Assembly (NCBI GenBank): GCA_036172245.1
Contig: JAYWIR010000026.1
Location: 1,612,001-1,676,000, forward strand
Length of the DNA stretch: 64,000 nt
Direction of reading: 5' to 3'
Source: Raillietiella orientalis
Taxonomy: Eukaryota
Position 1 is the first letter of the stretch. Each line of letters opens with the position of its first letter. The position numbers were made by a program, and so were the translations under genes. The notes under the pieces were generated by a model. It was not told the origin of the DNA. It did not search any database and was given only the letters and a program-made list of their open reading frames with translations. Of the stretch, positions 61,275-64,000 are shown in pieces.

Positions 61275-62785
61275 ATGACTGGTACACGAAAGTCCAATGT
61301 GCTATGCAGCGTTTCCTTTCCTGCCTACTCGATTAGGATGATTTCTGATTTCCAGTTCATTGTGAGCGGAGGTGGTGGAGCAGCTAATACTGGTGTGTGC
61401 AATAAGTTTGTAAGTAATCGAGCCGATTGAGTAGTGATTGGATTCATTTATCTTGAAATTTCCAAAAGGAATTGTTCGAGATTGGGTATGACGGTAGCTC
61501 GTGTGCAGCACAATTATTGCTAAGTTTCGATACTGGAAAGTATGCCATAATGGATATGGAAGCAATTATTGATCAAAATGAAGTGTTTATTGCTGCAGGA
61601 AATGGTCCGGAGTGTTGTATCTTCGGTGTCGATATTTCGGCCAATGAGCCCACACAGAGTGCAAGTGCCGTAGATCTGGGTATGCTACTTTTCCCCACTA
61701 AAACAGATATATTACTTTGAATTTTAGACAACTACGCACATAGAAATCCATCGCAAAACGCTTCAGTTCAGGAATTAAGTCTCTTAAAATACAAATGCCA
61801 AATCCTGGAATCATTCCAAACAGATTTCAGGTACCTGGTTTCTTATTGAAATATGTGCCAAAATATCTTAAAAAAAAAAAATCTGCGTAGAAATGAAGAA
61901 ACATTTCAGAATGTTGTGAGAAAAAATGGCTCTCAGAATATGTTGGTAACTGGAGGAACAGATGGAACCATTAGAGTTTGGAAGTACCCTCAGTGCCAGT
62001 TAATAACTGAAATCTATACTGGGACTGCAGAAATTAAAGATTTGGAATTTGATGTGTCTGCAACAAAAGTAAGCTCATTAATACTTCAGAAGTAATCATT
62101 AGTTATTCAAGTTGGCAAGTGTTACTAGTGATGGCACTTGTGCAATTTGGATGGTGCACAGTGGTGACAAGCAGTGTGAACTGGAGTGGACAAGCCAGAA
62201 AGGAGTAGTTTTGCCAGCCAAAAAATGCCGCTTCACATCAAGTCGCCATTTGTTAACAATACACAATTCCAAGTCCACTAAGGAGCTGTCATTTCTTGTG
62301 CTGTGGGATATTGAAAAACATGTACCATATCACTCATGTACATATACAGAATGTCTGTCTGCATTAGCAGTAAGCAACAATGGAATGTTTGTGGCAGTTG
62401 GAACTATGTTTTCTGGCAGTGTTGAAGTTAGATCGCTCCCACACTTGCAAGTGAGAAGTTAATAGTTTTCAGTTTGCACTCCCACTGTAGCAAGTGCTAC
62501 GCACTACTGCTGCTCATCGGACATTTGTTACAGGTCTTGCATTCCTCCCTGATACTTTAGCTGCTAGTCATGCAACAGGATGTGCACACCTATCTCTAGT
62601 GAGCATTTCTGTGGATAATCGTGTTTGCATTCATCAGATTGTTAACAGATGTAAGTAGAACAAACTTTCAGTAAGTTGGATCATGTTGCTGTTTTTTAGG
62701 TAGACCATCTATCTACAGAGCATTGTTGGTGTTAAATGCTAGTATACTGTTAACTTATGTTATAGGAAACTTCTTGAGCATATAA
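61275..62785 (+). CDS. PREB: Prolactin regulatory element-binding protein / Sec12 (Sar1 GEF), 403 aa; exons 61275-61409, 61469-61679, 61728-61830, 61891-62068, 62112-62450, 62491-62650, 62700-62785
   Basis: FPAY..GGGGAANTGVCN K-loop, QTDF, TGGTDGTIRVW (WD40), SALAVS..VAVGT, AHRTFVTGLAF, SISVDN, C-terminal TM helix; 1212 nt in frame. Confidence 0.93.
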
Positions 62786-62836
62786 GCAATATATTTATTA
62801 ATTGTCTATACAAAAAGGTATCCACAACTGTCTTAT

Positions 62837-63816
62837 TCACTTTCTTCCTTCCATGGGGCATGGGATGTTTGATTTGTGACTCGTGTGCCCTTGGTTAGCA
62901 TGCTTATTCAATAAACAGAGTTATGCTTTTGGAGGATTAATCTACTCACATGTTTTTTGACATTTTCCACACATTCTTGTAATTTATCCTCACGATTTCT
63001 AAATGCTTGTTCTAATTTTTGTGCAACTTCATCCAATTTATTGCACTCATGCAGATGAGCTTCCCGGTCTTGTTGAATCTGCCCTTCCTAGATATAATTC
63101 GTAATAACTAAAATATATATATTTGTATATGTATATATACATGATGTTTTAGTTTCTGAAGCATATTTGGGATTTTCACAAAATCGCGATCGGAAGCTTG
63201 TTCCTGTTTCCCTTTTATGGAATCCCTCAACTCACTTATTTGCTGTTCTGGTGTGCCACGAACCTTTTCAACACTGGTTATCTAAAAATGATGATAACGT
63301 TTTACAAATAAAAAAGAGGCTGTTACGTGTTCTTGTATTTTTTTTCTGAGATTACGGTAAAAGACTTCTCGATTGTGATCACTCTGCTCCATTTTTTGCT
63401 CAAGAGCATCTTTTGTTTGTTGAATGAATTCTGCATTTAAAATATCGCGCTTCTTAATTGCACTATCTATTCTAGAGAGCTGTTTTTCCAATTCCATGTG
63501 CCGTGAATCTGTTAAAGACTGAAACATTATAAATTCATAAATAAGAAATATGAAAATCGATACTTTTCGTCTTTCTTGTGCTGCCTCCAATTTTTTTCTT
63601 ATATCATCAACTGAGATGTTCCTTTCAGCTGTTGGTAGATGGAACGGTGAAGAAATTTTTGCTTCTCTGATAATAGCATTGTATTTTATGCCGCCAGGTG
63701 AATTAGTTTCATCCTTTACTTTCAAGACTAAAAGCAACAAACATGCATGCCTTGCAATCGTGTAATTCACGTTTACTTGTTTTTTCGAGAATATTCGAAT
63801 CCACACCAACAGACAT
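62837..63816 (-). CDS. stai: Arthropod-type multi-repeat stathmin (~246 aa); exons 63816-63777, 63727-63564, 63518-63327, 63281-63141, 63087-62950, 62902-62837
   Basis: GGIKYNAII..ISVDDIRKKLEAAQERRKSL..FIQQTKDALEQKME..MLQKLKHH; phase-consistent 45-53 nt introns. First and last exons are less certain. Confidence 0.85.
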
Positions 63817-64000
63817 CTTGCACCTCTGCTCAAACTTCTCGAGTTATCGATTGCTATTTGGAGAAATATTAAAATTTTGCCCAGCTTACGGAATAACCTG
63901 GAAAAACAAATACATTTCACAAGCACGTATTACTTGACGGGTGGATGAATCAGTACACCAGGAGTGTACGTGTATGGCATGCTCTCAGTTAAAACTTGAC

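Noticed and set aside
63282..63926. 214-aa ORF as the stathmin CDS
   Set aside because: It reads through introns and leader sequence; the spliced model fits the family better

Overview
Eukaryotic, most likely arthropod, genomic DNA, judged from spliceosomal introns and arthropod-type stathmin and sniffer-like proteins. No prokaryotic operons, CRISPR arrays or rRNA are visible. There are two domains. (1) About 1-52.5 kb is GC-rich. It holds heavily decayed L1/Tx1-type non-LTR retrotransposon relics, several palindromes, and four minus-strand genes I cannot assign to a family. Three encode signal-peptide proteins with matching intron phases (736-1613, 12622-14317, 39564-42553); two of these share an ungapped 30-aa motif. 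The fourth is a coiled-coil ORF (49753-50178). (2) About 53-64 kb is AT-rich and compact, with many 40-60 nt introns. It holds a C-factor/sniffer-like SDR that straddles the GC boundary, ZMAT5 (with a GC-AG intron), a Tx1/L1 3' fragment, PREB/Sec12 and a convergent stathmin. Gene models were spliced by hand and checked for phase. Family assignments come from recalled motifs, not database searches.
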